A stretch of DNA of 64,000 nt from Octopus bimaculoides (Eukaryota), in NCBI RefSeq assembly GCF_001194135.2, contig NC_068993.1:63756248-63820247 (forward strand), written 5' to 3'. Positions 37,224-51,189 of this stretch are shown piece after piece (position 1 is the first letter of the stretch; the number at the start of each line of letters is the position of its first letter). Both the position numbers and the translations under genes were made by a program. Below the pieces are notes generated by a model. The model was not told the DNA's origin. It searched no databases and was given only the letters and a program-made list of their open reading frames with translations.

Positions 37224-37404
37224 CTGAAAAAGGGGTTTAAACATTGTATTATTGAATTGAACATTAAGAGAGTTATATTTCGGAGATAAAACCTTCAGTA
37301 AAGAAGGTAAAGCCATATTTACGAGTTGCATCTATAATTGAAAATTAAATGTCTGAATCTCGGGATACTCCACAAAGTATGTTGGTATGTAGAAATATAT
37401 GTAC

Positions 37405-37461
<57 letters not shown>

Positions 37462-38279
37462 GTGCATATTCTTGGGAAAACCTACTAAATTTTTCTTTCA
37501 GAAAAACAGTAGGCTAACAGACCAACACAATCGTCTTGTGTGTCATTAATGAACCCTTTGAAGAAATCATTTTTTTTTTGGTAATTTTCCTACATTTAAG
37601 AGGATGCAATCAATTTGAGATGAAAAAATGAAAGTAAGAAAAGATATGGGTATCAATATTTAAAATTCTGTTTAATAAAATATCTGGCATTCAATAGCAA
37701 ATAAAGTATATATATTCTTGGAGAAAGCTGTCATGTGTTATTTCTTGTAAAAAGAAAATTGTGAACTGATAGATTAACGCTGTCTTATTACTGTTAATGA
37801 TGATCAAGTAATTAAGTTAGTTCATTGTTAGATCAAATCTTCAGAGGTCAAGGAGAACCGAGTCATTTGAGTGAAAGAGAATGGATGTGGTCAGCTCAAA
37901 ATTTTGATAGAAAGTGGTTTTAATGGGATTAATGCTAATCTCGTGGAATTAAAGCCGAGGCATTTTCTATAACACTGACAAAAATATCAGAGAAGTGATT
38001 TAATGAAGGTCAGTTTAGTATCATAGAGAAAAGGTGATTAGCATATCACTGAGTGAAAGAGGTCGAAGTTCAGCATATTTGGTTTATTGTTATGTTAAGA
38101 CTTCTGTAATGAATGACACGTGTGGTAAAATAATTGTCGGGTCACTTTATAAAGGCACATGAAAGAAGGCAAAGTGGACTTCGACGGAATTTGAACTCGG
38201 AGCGTAAAGACAAAATGCTGCTCTACAAGTCAGTAATATTGGGGCAATGCAAAAGTTTCGTAGCTCTGTGCACCTTGTA

Positions 38280-38640
38280 CATTCTCAACTGACAATACTT
38301 CCGCAGAGAGTCAGTGAATGCCTGATAACATTTCAGATGCCTCATCTAGGTCTTTTCTGTCAAAGAGGCAAACTGTGGAAAAGCGTGTTTTACAAGGGAC
38401 AGACATTTTCCTCTTTGGCAAAGCCCTCTCCTCCGCAAGAACCCGAGAAGCAAACGCTCCTGTCTGGTCAGACGGATACTAGTACAAAGCACGACCGTCA
38501 GGCGGTGTGGGTGTTCATCACATGGGTTCGACCTTTCGGGGATAGATTTCACTCAGTCCATCTTTGGTTGAAGCTTCCCCACCTCGCTTGTAATCCAGTC
38601 CCAGTTCCTGTCTACCTGGGTAGCGAGACAGAACTTAAAT
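38280..38640 (-). mobile_element. L1/Tx1-like LINE post-RT remnant
   Basis: W..*NLSPKGRTHVMNT and SLVKHAFPQFASL on the minus strand. Confidence 0.5.
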
Positions 38641-38689
38641 CGAGTAGTGTTACTGGTCCATCAGTCTAGCAATCTACTGCGCCGTTCGA

Positions 38690-38940
38690 CAGCTTTGAAT
38701 TATGAGCAGAAGTAGTGGAGAAGCATCATAGCCATGTGTTGAAAGGAATTCTTTGGGGTTTGGATAATTCCCCTTTGGAAACACAGGTGTTTCGTTCATC
38801 ATCCTTAAACAACCGTCATCCAGGGATCTTTTGAGCGGGATGGGCTACTCGACCTGGAGAAAATACAGGTCGAGTATGACCAGCAAGGTCATACATCGTT
38901 TATCCTGATATGAGATCACCGAGTCGCGTACGTATGATTG
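38690..38940 (+). mobile_element. Short interspersed repeat (third SINE-like family)
   Basis: gataattcccctttggaaacacaggtgtttcgttcatcatccttaaacaacc...gagcgggatgggctactcgacc; recognised by recall only. Confidence 0.45.
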
Positions 38941-38949
38941 TGATGCGTG

Positions 38950-39400
38950 TGCCTGGTATGCCGTGTGCCTGGTGTAATTCCAAGTGTCCCAATAACAACT
39001 GGTAACATCGATGCTTTGAGGAACCAGTCTTCTGATTCCAAGACTCCAATTCCTTATTTGTTTCATTTCTATAACGCTTTTAGAGTTGTGCCTTTCCCAG
39101 AGCTGAGATTGCAACGTCCATCAAAAGACATTTTTTCAACATGACGAATTTCACAATGTTATTATTCACAACTGAAATGGTTAGACTTGTTTTCGAATCG
39201 CCTTTCCTCACTCTTGAAATGAATTTTAGGATTTACTTTCATACAGAACTTGCCATTCTACTATTTGTAAAACTTACAGAAGTTTGTTAACAAAGGTTGG
39301 TTAGTAACATTTTTTCCACACAGTGAACCATTTCTGATTGAACAGGATTGCTTTGGTATGTGAAGAAACATGAGCACCATTTCTCGAAAGAATATTATCG
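38950..39400 (-). mobile_element. Older Dong/R4-like REL-domain remnant
   Basis: KKCLLMDVAIS and LPVVIGTLGI on the minus strand. Confidence 0.55.
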
Positions 39401-41289
39401 AAGAAAACCAAGGAGTTCTTACGCCAAAAAATAAGTAAAATAAAAACAAATTTTAGAATTGGTACCTTATAATAAAAGTTCTTTGAAATGAACCATTCAT
39501 GGAAAGAACAAACGTGTGAAAGCATTTCGTCCATAAGAAAGAAACAAGCCTGCCAGATTCTATAAGCTGGAAGTGCCAGAAAAGGTAACGTAGCTTTGTT
39601 TCAAAGCCACAATGTGTTCTTTGTTCTTTTCAAGGAACAATTGATAGATGGCGATAACATATTGAGTGAAGTCGCCTTCATTGGGGCAAAAGGCGTACGA
39701 ATCCGCTTCAAAATAGATAAGAAAGCGATAATCCCAATGAACAGTATACGGTTTATAAACAGAGAGAAAGAGAGAGAGAGAGAGAAAGAGAAAGAGAGAG
39801 GGAGAGAGAGAGAGACAGAGGAGGAAAGAACGACCTTTAAAATAGAGGTAGAATACCAGAGTTGCTTCCCTTACATGATGACAACCTAAAAAAACTAGTT
39901 CAACTGTTTCGTATGTCACGGGAGGCAACTCTGACATTTTGCTAAATTCAGGTACCATCATGTGGCCGCACGACCTGCTGGATATAGCAGCCATATCACA
40001 TACATTCTCTGCTATGTTTAAAAAGAAAGTATGAAGCATTAGGTCTAAACTGACAAGTTTCAATGTTCATATTCAGCTTTGGTCGCAGATTTCTTTATTC
40101 GAAAGATGTCAGCAGTAACCGTAAAACTAATATCTGTGAATCATGTTTATACGACAATGATATCGTTATAAGTATTTAAAAATACACGGCTGTCGTTATC
40201 AAATGATAGCCATTGCTCCAACAAATCAACTATTCCTAAATGATTAGTTCTGATCTACTGCGCTCTGATTTTAAATCGTGTCTGATTTCAATATCGCTTA
40301 GTTTTGCATCTCATCTTCATGGGGTCGATTACAAAAATTACCATTTTCAGGCAGTGAGTTGATGGATTGCAACAACGTCGGGCCGAATGTCATTTTGGTA
40401 TTTGTTTTACCTCTTTGTGTTCTGAATTCAAATCCCGCGGTGTCCTTCTTGGGAGATAGATTTTAAGCCATCACTCGTTCGAGTGTTTTTAACAAATTCC
40501 ACTCGGTTGCATAGATCAGGGACCAGTTTCCAGTTTGACGACACCTTCCTCTTCCAGTTTCGGAGGATGTAAACATATCAGGGTCACGGGCTTCTTTCCC
40601 GACAAAAAAATATAGAAAAAAATATTTAGCATTGTGAAATAATTAGCTGATTTACGTGCAAAAGTGTATTTTCTTGGTAAAAACGGAAACTTCAGTATCA
40701 ATATGTGTACAGATTGTCAAATGTTTTGATTAAGATATCATGTCTCGCAGCGAATACCTTCCTCATATTTTCATATATTGAAATGGTTTTATAGTCTGAA
40801 AAAATCTCAGAGCAATACAAAGACAATACCACCCCAGATTCATGTAACTTCATTGCGTCTTTTTTACTTCAGATTTTATTCCGAAACGAATTCTTCCCGT
40901 ACTCGAAGGAACCTCCTTTATTGACAATCTCCCCCACCGCCCCGCATCTCCCAGGAGACAGCGGAATTTCAATTTCATATCTTGTTAGTTATATCTCTTT
41001 CGCTTTTTAAAACTTAGAAGATGGGCAGCTTTGTTAACCTTTTTACGAGTCATATGGGACTGGTCGAAAGAAAGGAATATATTCTCCGAAAATGGCAGAG
41101 AATATGAGCAAAAGAGTAGGTCGCTTTAATGGATTATCAAAGTCATCTTAGAGATTCAAACCAACAAAGAAATTATGGTGCTACTATAGTATGCGGTCTG
41201 CCACGGTGTCAAACAGAGTCATCTACCTTATCTTTTAGATATTTCCTGATATTTCAGAGATAAAACACTTCAGATATTTCAGAGATCAT

Positions 41290-41990
41290 ATTTTTCAGAA
41301 TCATAGTTTTAGCATCTAACCATGATCACTGAATGGCCTGAGTGTGTGCTCCACTCACTGGACCCACATAATGTTGTCGATGGTTCACTGGCAGATGGTG
41401 ATAACTTAAAGAATTTTAAATTAAGCAGGCCACTCATCTGAATGAATTAGTGAACCTTTTTCACATTCTTTTTCAATAATTGGGATCAGACCGTTCCCGA
41501 CACGCCGTTCCACATAAAAGTATCAACAGTCTGAGCCTTGTTTGAGACCCAAAACCCACGGCCCATCAACTCTACGTCCACGGTTCCTGTTGTTTCGTTC
41601 TTCTGCATCACTGTCTTCGAAGAGAGGAACGTTACCACCATTCAGTATTCTTCCTCAATTGTATTTTCGTCGACCAGCAAATCTTGCTTCGTCGATCTGA
41701 ATGGTGTTATCGTTTATTCTAACCATCTTCCCTCGTCTTTCATGATAAACTATGGCTCCACATACCTCGAGACACGTATTGTACCAGTCAGTTATTGTAT
41801 TTTTAGATTTTCTTGTTAGAGTCACTAGTGTGGTCTTGGGTATATCCATGACAAAGGAAAATCTGAGTTCTAAAATCTCACTCAGGCTCAGCTTGCAGTT
41901 TAATTTGTTGTTAATGGAAAAATTGGTTTCCATTATTAACTGAACGTTTAAGGTAGATAACCCTGGCTATACTGTTTGTCAACGTGGTAG
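41290..41990 (-). mobile_element. Decayed Merlin (IS1595/ISXO2-like) DNA transposase
   Basis: TITDWYNTCLEVC...IQIDEARFAGRRKYN*GR...GPWVLG...LIHSDEWPA...HLPVNHRQHYVGPVSGAHTQAIQ*SW. Confidence 0.88.
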
Positions 41991-42859
41991 ACCACATACT
42001 ATACTAGCACCGGACATTCTCTCTCATCCAAGAACGGACATTTTCTCTCAAACATGCTTTGACAGTTTTCGACGAAGAAATTTCCTTAACAGGAAATTGT
42101 GAGAGTTGTGGTCAAATGAAGAGCATGGTAGAAAAGTCTGTTTTCTCAAAGTATCTCCGAATACGGGTCGTGGCTCCTAAAATTAAAAAAAGTCACAACA
42201 AAAAATAAAACTAGAAATTATTGTCACCTAAGAACGATAATTATAAAAAAATACTGAAAGGCAAAATAAACTGTTTTCATTGAATTTAATAAAAAAAAAA
42301 TGCTATTTTCCAACATTTTGTTCTGTATAGTAATCCGTTGCTCAGATATTTGGCTATTCGTGTTGGATACACCGTGGGGTTCGACCTGAAACCTGAAATT
42401 TCACTGAAGCTTTAAATAATACAGATGTAAGGGAGATAACCATCATAAGAGTTGTTTCATTCAAGGGAAAGAAGTAGAATGAGTTCCAGCTGGGGCGTTG
42501 CTTGAAGAATTCATTTGAACGAATCGACTCCAGTACTTATTTTAAAACCTAGTAATTATTCAGTCAGTCACTTTTACCGAACAGCTAAGTTACAGGGACA
42601 TAAAAAAACTAACACCGGCTGTCAAGCGGTGGTCACACACACACACACACACGACATTCTTTTTTCAGTGTTTCAGGTGTAGTGGACTACATCTAAATGA
42701 AAAAAGCCGTATCCTCAGGGAGTGTAATCGTAGAATGGTCACCGTAAGCTGACTTCAGGCGCCATGCTTACCTCCTCCCTAGCTTTCTTCAGAGAACATA
42801 CAATTTATAGTTTGGTTGTGATCATTATATTCTGTTCCATTCTTTTCTACTCTAGGAAC

Positions 42860-43040
42860 ATGGCCCGAAATTTTGGGGAAGGGGGGGGGGGGCAGGCGAT
42901 GTGATTGACGCCAGTACGAAACGGGTACTTAATTTATTGACCCGAAAGGATGAAAGACAAAGCCGACCTCCGCGGAGTTTGAACTCAGATACCGCTAAGT
43001 ATCTCGCCCGACGAGCTAACGTTTCTGCCAGTTCACCACC
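42860..43040 (-). mobile_element. SINE family B copy
   Basis: Same core as the other copies. Confidence 0.75.
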
Positions 43041-43499
43041 GTGTTGTAATCATTAGATTAAATTACTAATTATGCTGGGCATATGTCAGCGCAAGAGACT
43101 ATGTCGGTAGTGGGCTGATAACGATCGAACAGTGGCTGGATAACCAACCGATACACACCTTGGTGCGACGAACTCTCCCGATCTCTTTGCTGTGGTTATC
43201 GTCTCAGTTTTTATTATACATTTTTGCAGCTGGTCTCGGCCTGTCCCCCACAGTTGCAGGGGATATTGTGTCGCTGTTGGTTTGTTACCTCATGGTTTCC
43301 GATTTAGGAAGAAACCCAGCAATTTTGAAAAGGACGGTTCGCCGATACCATCGACACCAGTTCTTGAGTGATACCTTTTCTTATCGACCGTGGAGTGAAT
43401 AAAGGAAAAGTTGACCTTGGGAGAATAACAAATCAGAAAGAAAATAGTTAGAATACCGTAAGGCATTTTGTTCTAAAGATAATCGCAGTTCACCAGCCT

Positions 43500-44693
43500 T
43501 ATGATGAGGTTGTGTCTTTTAGTCACAAGAGCTGTGAATTCTCGCATGCATTCATTTCAACCCTTCTTATTGACACCTGCATTGTTTTTTTCCAGGTAAA
43601 CTGAAATCTGACTGTTCAAAGAAGACTTCAACAGTTACTAGTAACAACTTCTCTCAAAAATCGACAAAATTTGGGATTGTGGTGTTATCAAGNNNNNNNN
43701 NNNNNNNNNNNNNNNNNNNNNNNNNNNNNNNNNNNNNNNNNNNNNNNNNNNNNNNNNNNNNNNNNNNNNNNNNNNNNNNNNNNNNNNNNNNNNNNNNNNN
43801 NNNNNNNNNNNNNNNNNNNNNNNNNNNNNNNNNNNNNNNNNNNNNNNNNNNNNNNNNNNNNNNNNNNNNNNNNNNNNNNNNNNNNNNNNNNNNNNNNNNN
43901 NNNNNNNNNNNNNNNNNNNNNNNNNNNNNNNNNNNNNNNNNNNNNNNNNNNNNNNGGGGGGGGGGGGGCATCCATTCTGACTGCTGATCAAAATCGCACC
44001 AGGCTGATCATATCCCAGAAAAATCTGACATTGTTTGAGGCAGATCCAGCTGGTTTCCATGAACGTTTCTTAACCCAAGATGAGTATTGAGTTCAACACT
44101 TTGAGCCAGAGACAAAGAGACAATCCATGCAGTGGAAACACCCCTTCTCACCTGCTTCGAAGAAAGCCAGGATCGTTTCATCTTCTGAGAAGTTGATGGC
44201 TTCATTTTTTTGGGAAGCAAAAGACATTGTGGTTATTGACTATCTTCAAAAGGCTCTCACCATCAACGAAGAGCCCTATATCGACTTCAAGAGGCAGTTA
44301 CAAAAGGTTATAAAAACCAAACGCACAGGAAAACTCATGAAAAGGCTCTTGTTTCCTCATTTCATCAGAATAATGCTTCCGCACACAAATCCTTGCTTTC
44401 AATGGCTGCTGTCTGCGTGACTGTGGCTTTTAACTCTTCCCTACCAAGAAAAAGAAAAAAAAAACACTTGGTTGGGAACCATTATCGCAATGATGATGGC
44501 GTCATGTCTGTTGTTGAAAACACTTTTGATGAATAGGATGAAAGCCTCTTTACCAATGGGATCCAAGCACTTCAACACCAATGGAAAAAGTGTGTGGACT
44601 GCAAAGTAGATTATGCTCAAGAAATAAGCTCAGTTGGGCAAATTCCATGAGAGCGTCTTGGTCAGCCAATAAACTTTTTAGCCGACTCTCGTA
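43500..44693 (+). mobile_element. Decayed mariner (Tc1/mariner DD34D-type) transposon spanning the N-gap 43693-43955
   Basis: FLTQDEY*VQHFEPETKRQSMQWKH...KLMASFFWEAKDIVVIDYLQKALTIN; 3' end aactttttagccgactctcgta ending in TA. Confidence 0.85.
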
Positions 44694-44994
44694 GGCAGAC
44701 ACTAACAACCAAAGAAAAAAGTAACAAAAAAGACAAAAACATACGCTCACATGTACGCATTCACACTCATATATGAACCCGATTCATCAAGACGACCAAT
44801 CCTGGCTCTTAGGAGAAAGCAACCATGCTCACACACATACAGTCGTCTTACTAAAAGGCGGACATACAAGCATACACGCACAATTACTGTTCAAAATGTC
44901 CCAATTGCTCTCGTACGTATGAAACTCCATTCCTTCAACTTTATTACCGTTTATTCTAATCCCTCAACCGGATTTCGCTCAGCCTAATTCTTAC

Positions 44995-45049
44995 GTCACC
45001 ATTTGCGCAATCCCATTTCTTCGTTTCCCACACTTTACTTTCGTTCTGT
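44995..45049 (-). CDS. Candidate exon (RTKVKCGKRRNGIAQMV, or QNESKVWETKKWDCANGD in the other open frame)
   Basis: ttcgttttcag| 55 nt |gtaaga. Confidence 0.4.
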
Positions 45050-45376
45050 CTGAAAACGAACTCAGGCTGAAAGGTTAAAGACGTTTGCAAGTTGCTTTCT
45101 TCGCGAGCGTCAAACTAATAATCACGACTTGTCTTCACTTTGACAATTTTGTTGTTATCATCGTTTTACGCACACACGTACATATACACATATGTATATG
45201 TGTGTGTGTAAGTATGTATATATGTATACACACACATATGCATATACGTATGGCTATAGGAATACATGTATATATCGTTAAAAGGTATTAAAATGAAAGT
45301 GTTTAATCAGAATATTTATTTCACTTTACAGATAGCTAATAGTTATGACGACAAATCTTTCTTTCTATTTCTATAT

Positions 45377-45447
<71 letters not shown>

Positions 45448-45640
45448 AATATACATCTATATACACTCATATACGCGCATATATACATATAAAAAGAGAC
45501 ACATGTTATATTGAAGACACGACTTCAATATAACATGTCTGAAAGATAATATAAAAATGAATATCGAAACTATTTGACTTGTAATATTATGTGCGTGTGC
45601 GTGCGTGCATATGCGTGTATGTGTGTGTGTGTGTGTATGA

Positions 45641-45678
<38 letters not shown>

Positions 45679-46703
45679 ATACATAGATATGAGCGAGCAA
45701 GCACACACACCTGCGTATACGTTTGCAATAGTAATGTATTTTGTAATCAGAAATTATATTCCATCTTATGACGAGTCTCTTGTTAAAAACTTAAGACATG
45801 GTTTTTAATATCTTACACGCACCGAGTACACCCCATCACACCCTACCACACGCACATACCCATACATTCACATATGTATAATGATGAACATAACTCTTTA
45901 TATTCCTGATATTTCCTGATAATGTTCCTGTGCATGCCAGTGTATTAAAAACGTCACTCATATTATTTTGTTTTACTTCACATCAAGTTTAAATTTCACA
46001 TGACAAGTATTCTCTGAAAATATTTGGAATCTCTAAGTTTTTCTTCTCCACTAATATGGATGCGAAATATAAACTAGTCACGTGGTCATGACGTATTTTT
46101 TTCGTTATGGAAATACTTGGGTAATTTGTATAAAAGCGTGTGTACTTCAATGCGTGTAGATTAGTGCGTATACAACAGTGCCAGTACAAAGATGTGTGTA
46201 ATTTAGGTGGTGTACATTGTACACTTGTCTGTTGTGATATATGTAGATACCGTACAGAAGCCTGTATACATAAATGCATGTACAAAACGCTTATACTCAA
46301 GCGTAAATGCTTTAGTGTGTATAATTTTGTTGGTATATAGACAGTTGCCCAAGGTACCACGCAGTGAGACTGAACCAGGAACCCGGAACCATGTGGTTGG
46401 GAAACTTCTTACCACACAGCCACGCTTTTGTACTTTAGTTGTATAACAGTGTGTTTACCAAATCTGTGTAGCTTCGACGAGTGTACGATGGCGTGTAGTA
46501 TGTCTACTTTCCTGTAAGTTAATGAGTGCAAAAATAATCAAAGTTCTGCTTTGATTGTGTTGAGTAATTTACAGTGTAAACATCGGTGAGTGTATAATAG
46601 AATGACTTCTTCACTGTTTCTGCATTCCTGCAAACTGGATTGTGTGTGATCGTGTTCAGTGCGCGTACTATAGTGTCTCTACTCCATTGGCTTTATAACT
46701 GGA

Positions 46704-46734
<31 letters not shown>

Positions 46735-47370
46735 GTGTGTGCGTGCGAGTGTATGGAAATATTCAAACGGGTGTATATAGATCTGGTGAAAGACGTATCT
46801 GATGATCTTAACTGTGCTTAATATACAACCATCTCTGTTTTGCTTACCTTCCGTGTTACGTGTATAACTGCGATGTTGATGCTAAGCAATTTTCCACTTA
46901 CAGTAACATTGCGGTGTCATATTACCCGACAAGTTGCCAGGAGATCAACATGAGTCTTTAAAGAAGGAAACCGATGGAGCCCGAGTTTGACAAGTTTTCC
47001 TTTAGTTTGCAATATTCATGGAAAGCAATTAAATTTGTATTTCTTCGGAGACTTGTAATGGAGGTTAGTTAGATATAGCGCTGATATATTGTCACGCAAT
47101 AATATTTTCCCCCACTTTGCCATAAATCATTACATTTGAATTTAAAATGATCTGGATTCAAGGGTATGTATGTCTCTTTTTATAAACTTTGACTAACGTT
47201 ATGAAATATTCTTTCGTCGATTTTATATTATTGATGCATTTGATTACACAAGTGAATAATTTTGGGGGTTTTATATTTATTCGTTGGCTCTATTTATTTC
47301 ATCGCTCTTCTCTCACTGAATAGGTTGTCAAGTATCTATATAGATCTACTAATTCTCTTTAACCATTTAC

Positions 47371-47450
47371 TGCTGCAGAGAACTTGCTGAAAGGTTGTTG
47401 TTGTGTAGCCTGCTATATATTCAAGAATTCTGCAGTACTTGAGTGTATAA
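47371..47450 (-). CDS. Candidate exon (YTLKYCRILEYIAGYTTTTFQQVLCS)
   Basis: ttatttattttttag| 80 nt |gtaaat; only one frame is open (phase 2 to 1). Confidence 0.4.
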
Positions 47451-48548
47451 ACTAAAAAATAAATAAACCACCGAAAAACATGTAGTTTTATAAGCGCTAT
47501 GATTTATCCTAGGGATGCAAAGAAAATATTGTGAGCAAGAGTTGTCATGTTTCAACTAAGGAGAAAGACAGGAGCAAATAAAATTGTTATGTCACAGCCT
47601 CCGATTGAAACCGAATCGTAAGATTGGCCTAATGGGCACTTACCCAGGCAACGGGGATCATATCACAGTGCTAAAGCGGAAATCTTCAGCTCGTGCATTT
47701 ATGAAAGAAAATGTAAGTAGAGCTCTCCAATATTTCCACAAAACAGTGGGCGTGTGAGCATACGTAAGTGCATATGTCCGTATGTACTAGGGGTCAAGAA
47801 GGAGAACTCTCACAACCATGTGTGTAAATGCATATGTATGTGTAAAGATGCGTGTGTATATGCATGTGTGTATGTATGTGTATGTATAACCCCCATACAT
47901 GATAAAATCCCCAAACCATGGTTGATCTGATGAGCGCTTAGCTTTCGCACACTTGGTACAAAAATTAATTGGTAAAACTGCAAGAAACAAAACTGAACGG
48001 TAAAAGAGAAAATTATTTACTTATTTACTTGATGATCATTCACCTCGATATCCCAACATTATAAGAGTGCTCTCCATTGCGATGCAGCGTCCATATGATG
48101 CTATACACGCGCACGTGTGTGTGTATGTGTGTGCGTGTGTGTGTGTGTGCATGCGTGTGCGTATATGCACGTGTATATGTGCGTATGCGTGTGTGTGTAG
48201 ATATGTGAGTGTGTATGTATATGAATAAACATATACATACATGTACACCCACATATAATTACCGCTTTATAACACATTCACAACGCTACAGGAAGCAAAT
48301 GTCGAATGTTTTGAGTCCGATGTATTACTGGTACTTTATTTATCGACCCCTCCAAGAGAAGAAGGGTCGAGTGGAACTCGGGTGAATTTGAGCTTAGGAT
48401 GCAAAAGTAATATTCTCGGAGATTTTCGCTGACGTTGTACAGTGTCCGTTAGTCTTTCACCTTCATACATGGATATGTAATAACAAAATGTCGAATTTAT
48501 GGCTATCACGTGCGTGCGCATGTATTCTTAGCTGCGTGAACGGTTTTG

Positions 48549-48594
<46 letters not shown>

Positions 48595-48755
48595 TGTGTG
48601 AGTGTGTGCGCACACACATATATCTAATGCTGATACACCTGTTCACATTTAAAACTTAATATCAAAACCCGCTGCTAATTTACAAGTCTGTTAACGCTGT
48701 TTGCTTGAACACACACACACACACACATACACACACACACACACACACACTCACA

Positions 48756-48818
<63 letters not shown>

Positions 48819-50559
48819 TACTGGTTTTCATTGTATCCCAGAGAATGATGATAATGGCTGGATGGCAGATACTTAATCGATTCCAAACGTTATTTTCTAA
48901 AGACTACAGTTTCAGGATAAAAACTCCACACTCTATACCACTTCAGCACAAAAAGAGCAAAATAAAATATGAGGAACATCTATTAAACTTATTGTAAGAA
49001 TTTAACCTTTATCCTAAATAGCAACAACTCGTTTAGACAATATTCTGTAAACTCTTATTATTATTATCCACGGAATTTATCGAAGCTAGGTTTTATCTTT
49101 AAACAACCGATGCTATTGTCATCTAACGTGTTAGAAATATACAACACATGACATTTCTTGCAGTGAAATCGGATTCGACTCCCATAACCTTAGGCAAGAA
49201 TTTCAGATATTGCATTGTCCGAATGCAGAAAAATCGATCCTGTTCTAAGTTCCCACTTTCTAAATTCCACCCCACTTGAGTTATTTGTCGTTTTAGGATG
49301 AGATCGATTTCGATTTTTCCATCGTAATGTTACTGGCTTCTAAAACTAGTAAAGAATACTAATGAAAGACAGGATATACACCTGAAGACATATACACAGC
49401 AAGTTTTCTGATCATATTTAGGCTAAAATGAATGGTGGAGAGATGGATAAAGCTGGAGAGATGGAAGTAATAACGTCTCAACTAAAAGGCCAGGTCTTTG
49501 TATCCGTTGCGGCCGTTATACTTTGGCCTCCTGAAGCAAGGCGCTGAAACCTTTCAACATCTGTTCGCCAAGCTCCAAATTGGATACGGCACAGGTTTGT
49601 AGTTTCCCCGATTTAATCGATTTTTCTTTTGATAATTTACAGCAGAGGGTTCATATCCCGGAGAGACTGCAGTCATCGGAAAGCAGTAAATAAAACTGCA
49701 GTATAGAAAAATTCAAAATGGAAACCGAGCTTTCTTGTGCGATATGGCCTCTATTAAGAAGGTGGTGAAGTACATGGTTAGAGGGAGAGCTGGTTAACAT
49801 TTCTTGCATGTTGTATGACTACATAGAGTTCCACTCGTTGGCCTGTAGTGTTGCATTTGTTGTTTAGCCACAGTTATTGAATTGGCCAATGATCAGATTT
49901 CTTCCTGTATGGCCAGTTCACACCACTTTCTAACTTTCTTTTTAAAGATAATAGTATATATTTGAAGGACATTTGGCTGCTATTTTAGCAGATCGAGCGA
50001 ATAAATAAATTCTCCCTTCACTGACCCTTTGGAATGTTGTTGTTATTAGTGCTGACAGTTTATGGTAATGCAAAAAAGAACTTGATGACAACTGATAAGC
50101 TAATAATTAAAGAGAATTAAACGTACTGATTGACCCTGGCGCCTTCGCCGCCTTTACCATCATCGCCTTCTTCGCCACCACCATCTCGTCTGCTATCGAC
50201 GCCGCCCCACCGCAGTTCTGCAATTCTGCACAAACGCGGTTAATAGATTCCAAATAGAGATAACAATCACATCCGGCTTCATTTAACTCTCGACCAATAT
50301 GTCGCTTGCTATTTAAGGGTAAATTTGCAAAGGATGGTATCGGAAGTACTGGCACTAACAACATCGCAGTGGTCGGCCTAGATACGAGCTAGTTGTTGAT
50401 GCCTGTTGTTCATGATGATGATGAGGATGATGATGTTATTGCCGTTGTTGTTGTTGTTATTTACCATCTGGGATGCCATTTTATCTTGTGGTACAAGCCG
50501 TAGGGGGTAATATTCTATGTAGGAAGTGGTAAAGTATAAACATACAGAGGATTAGAAAT

Positions 50560-50770
50560 GGCAGAAGAGGACTGGCACAATCGGTAGAGCATCGGGGGGA
50601 ATACTTCGTTCTGGTTGTTGACATTCCGAGTTCAAATCTTGCTGAAGTTCACTTTGCCTTTCATTGTTCTGGATTCAAGGAAACAAGGTCTCAGGCATTG
50701 CACGAGACACGATTTAATCGATTAAACGCTGTCCTACCTGAATTTTGGGTTTCGTGCCTATGTTGTGTAG
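50560..50770 (+). mobile_element. SINE family B copy (diverged)
   Basis: gagttcaaatcttgctgaagttcactttgcctttc. Confidence 0.65.
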
Positions 50771-51189
50771 CAATATAGAAAACATACAAGAATTGGTAGG
50801 AAGCGGTGAATTCAAAGAGTCTCTTGGCCGTCGGACAAATTGCTTTGCGACATCAACTTTACAGCTTTTAATGTTCTGATTTCGAATGTGAGGGACGCCA
50901 GCTTTGCCTTTTATCGTTTGGAGTCGAGAATTTAAGAAGTAACCAAATCTTGGGAATGCTTCTGATGGACTATTTCCATTCCCTAATTACGTATTAGAAA
51001 TGTTGGCTAATCAGCTGGTGACCCAATGTTTTAGATAAGGTTTTAGGCGCTTAACAGTGAAGCCATCACCATAGGTCTGTATGTGGGGGTTTTGTCTTCG
51101 GGGTTGTCTTACATTGCTGTGTCTGTGTTTGCAATACTTCAATGGGGGATAACATTGGAGTTTTAAATCAAAGCTATGTTAAAAGTTAA

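Noticed and set aside
43580-43604. Strong acceptor considered as the SLC26 terminal exon (VN*)
   Set aside because: Lies inside the mariner 5' region and 17 kb from the last exon
47927-47955. CTGATGA-gcg...cgc motif
   Set aside because: No GAAA core
49490-49595. PLYFGLLKQGAETFQHL resembling the Gypsy RT 'MPFGL.NA..TFQ' motif
   Set aside because: Single short motif with no YxDD or other LTR-element features nearby
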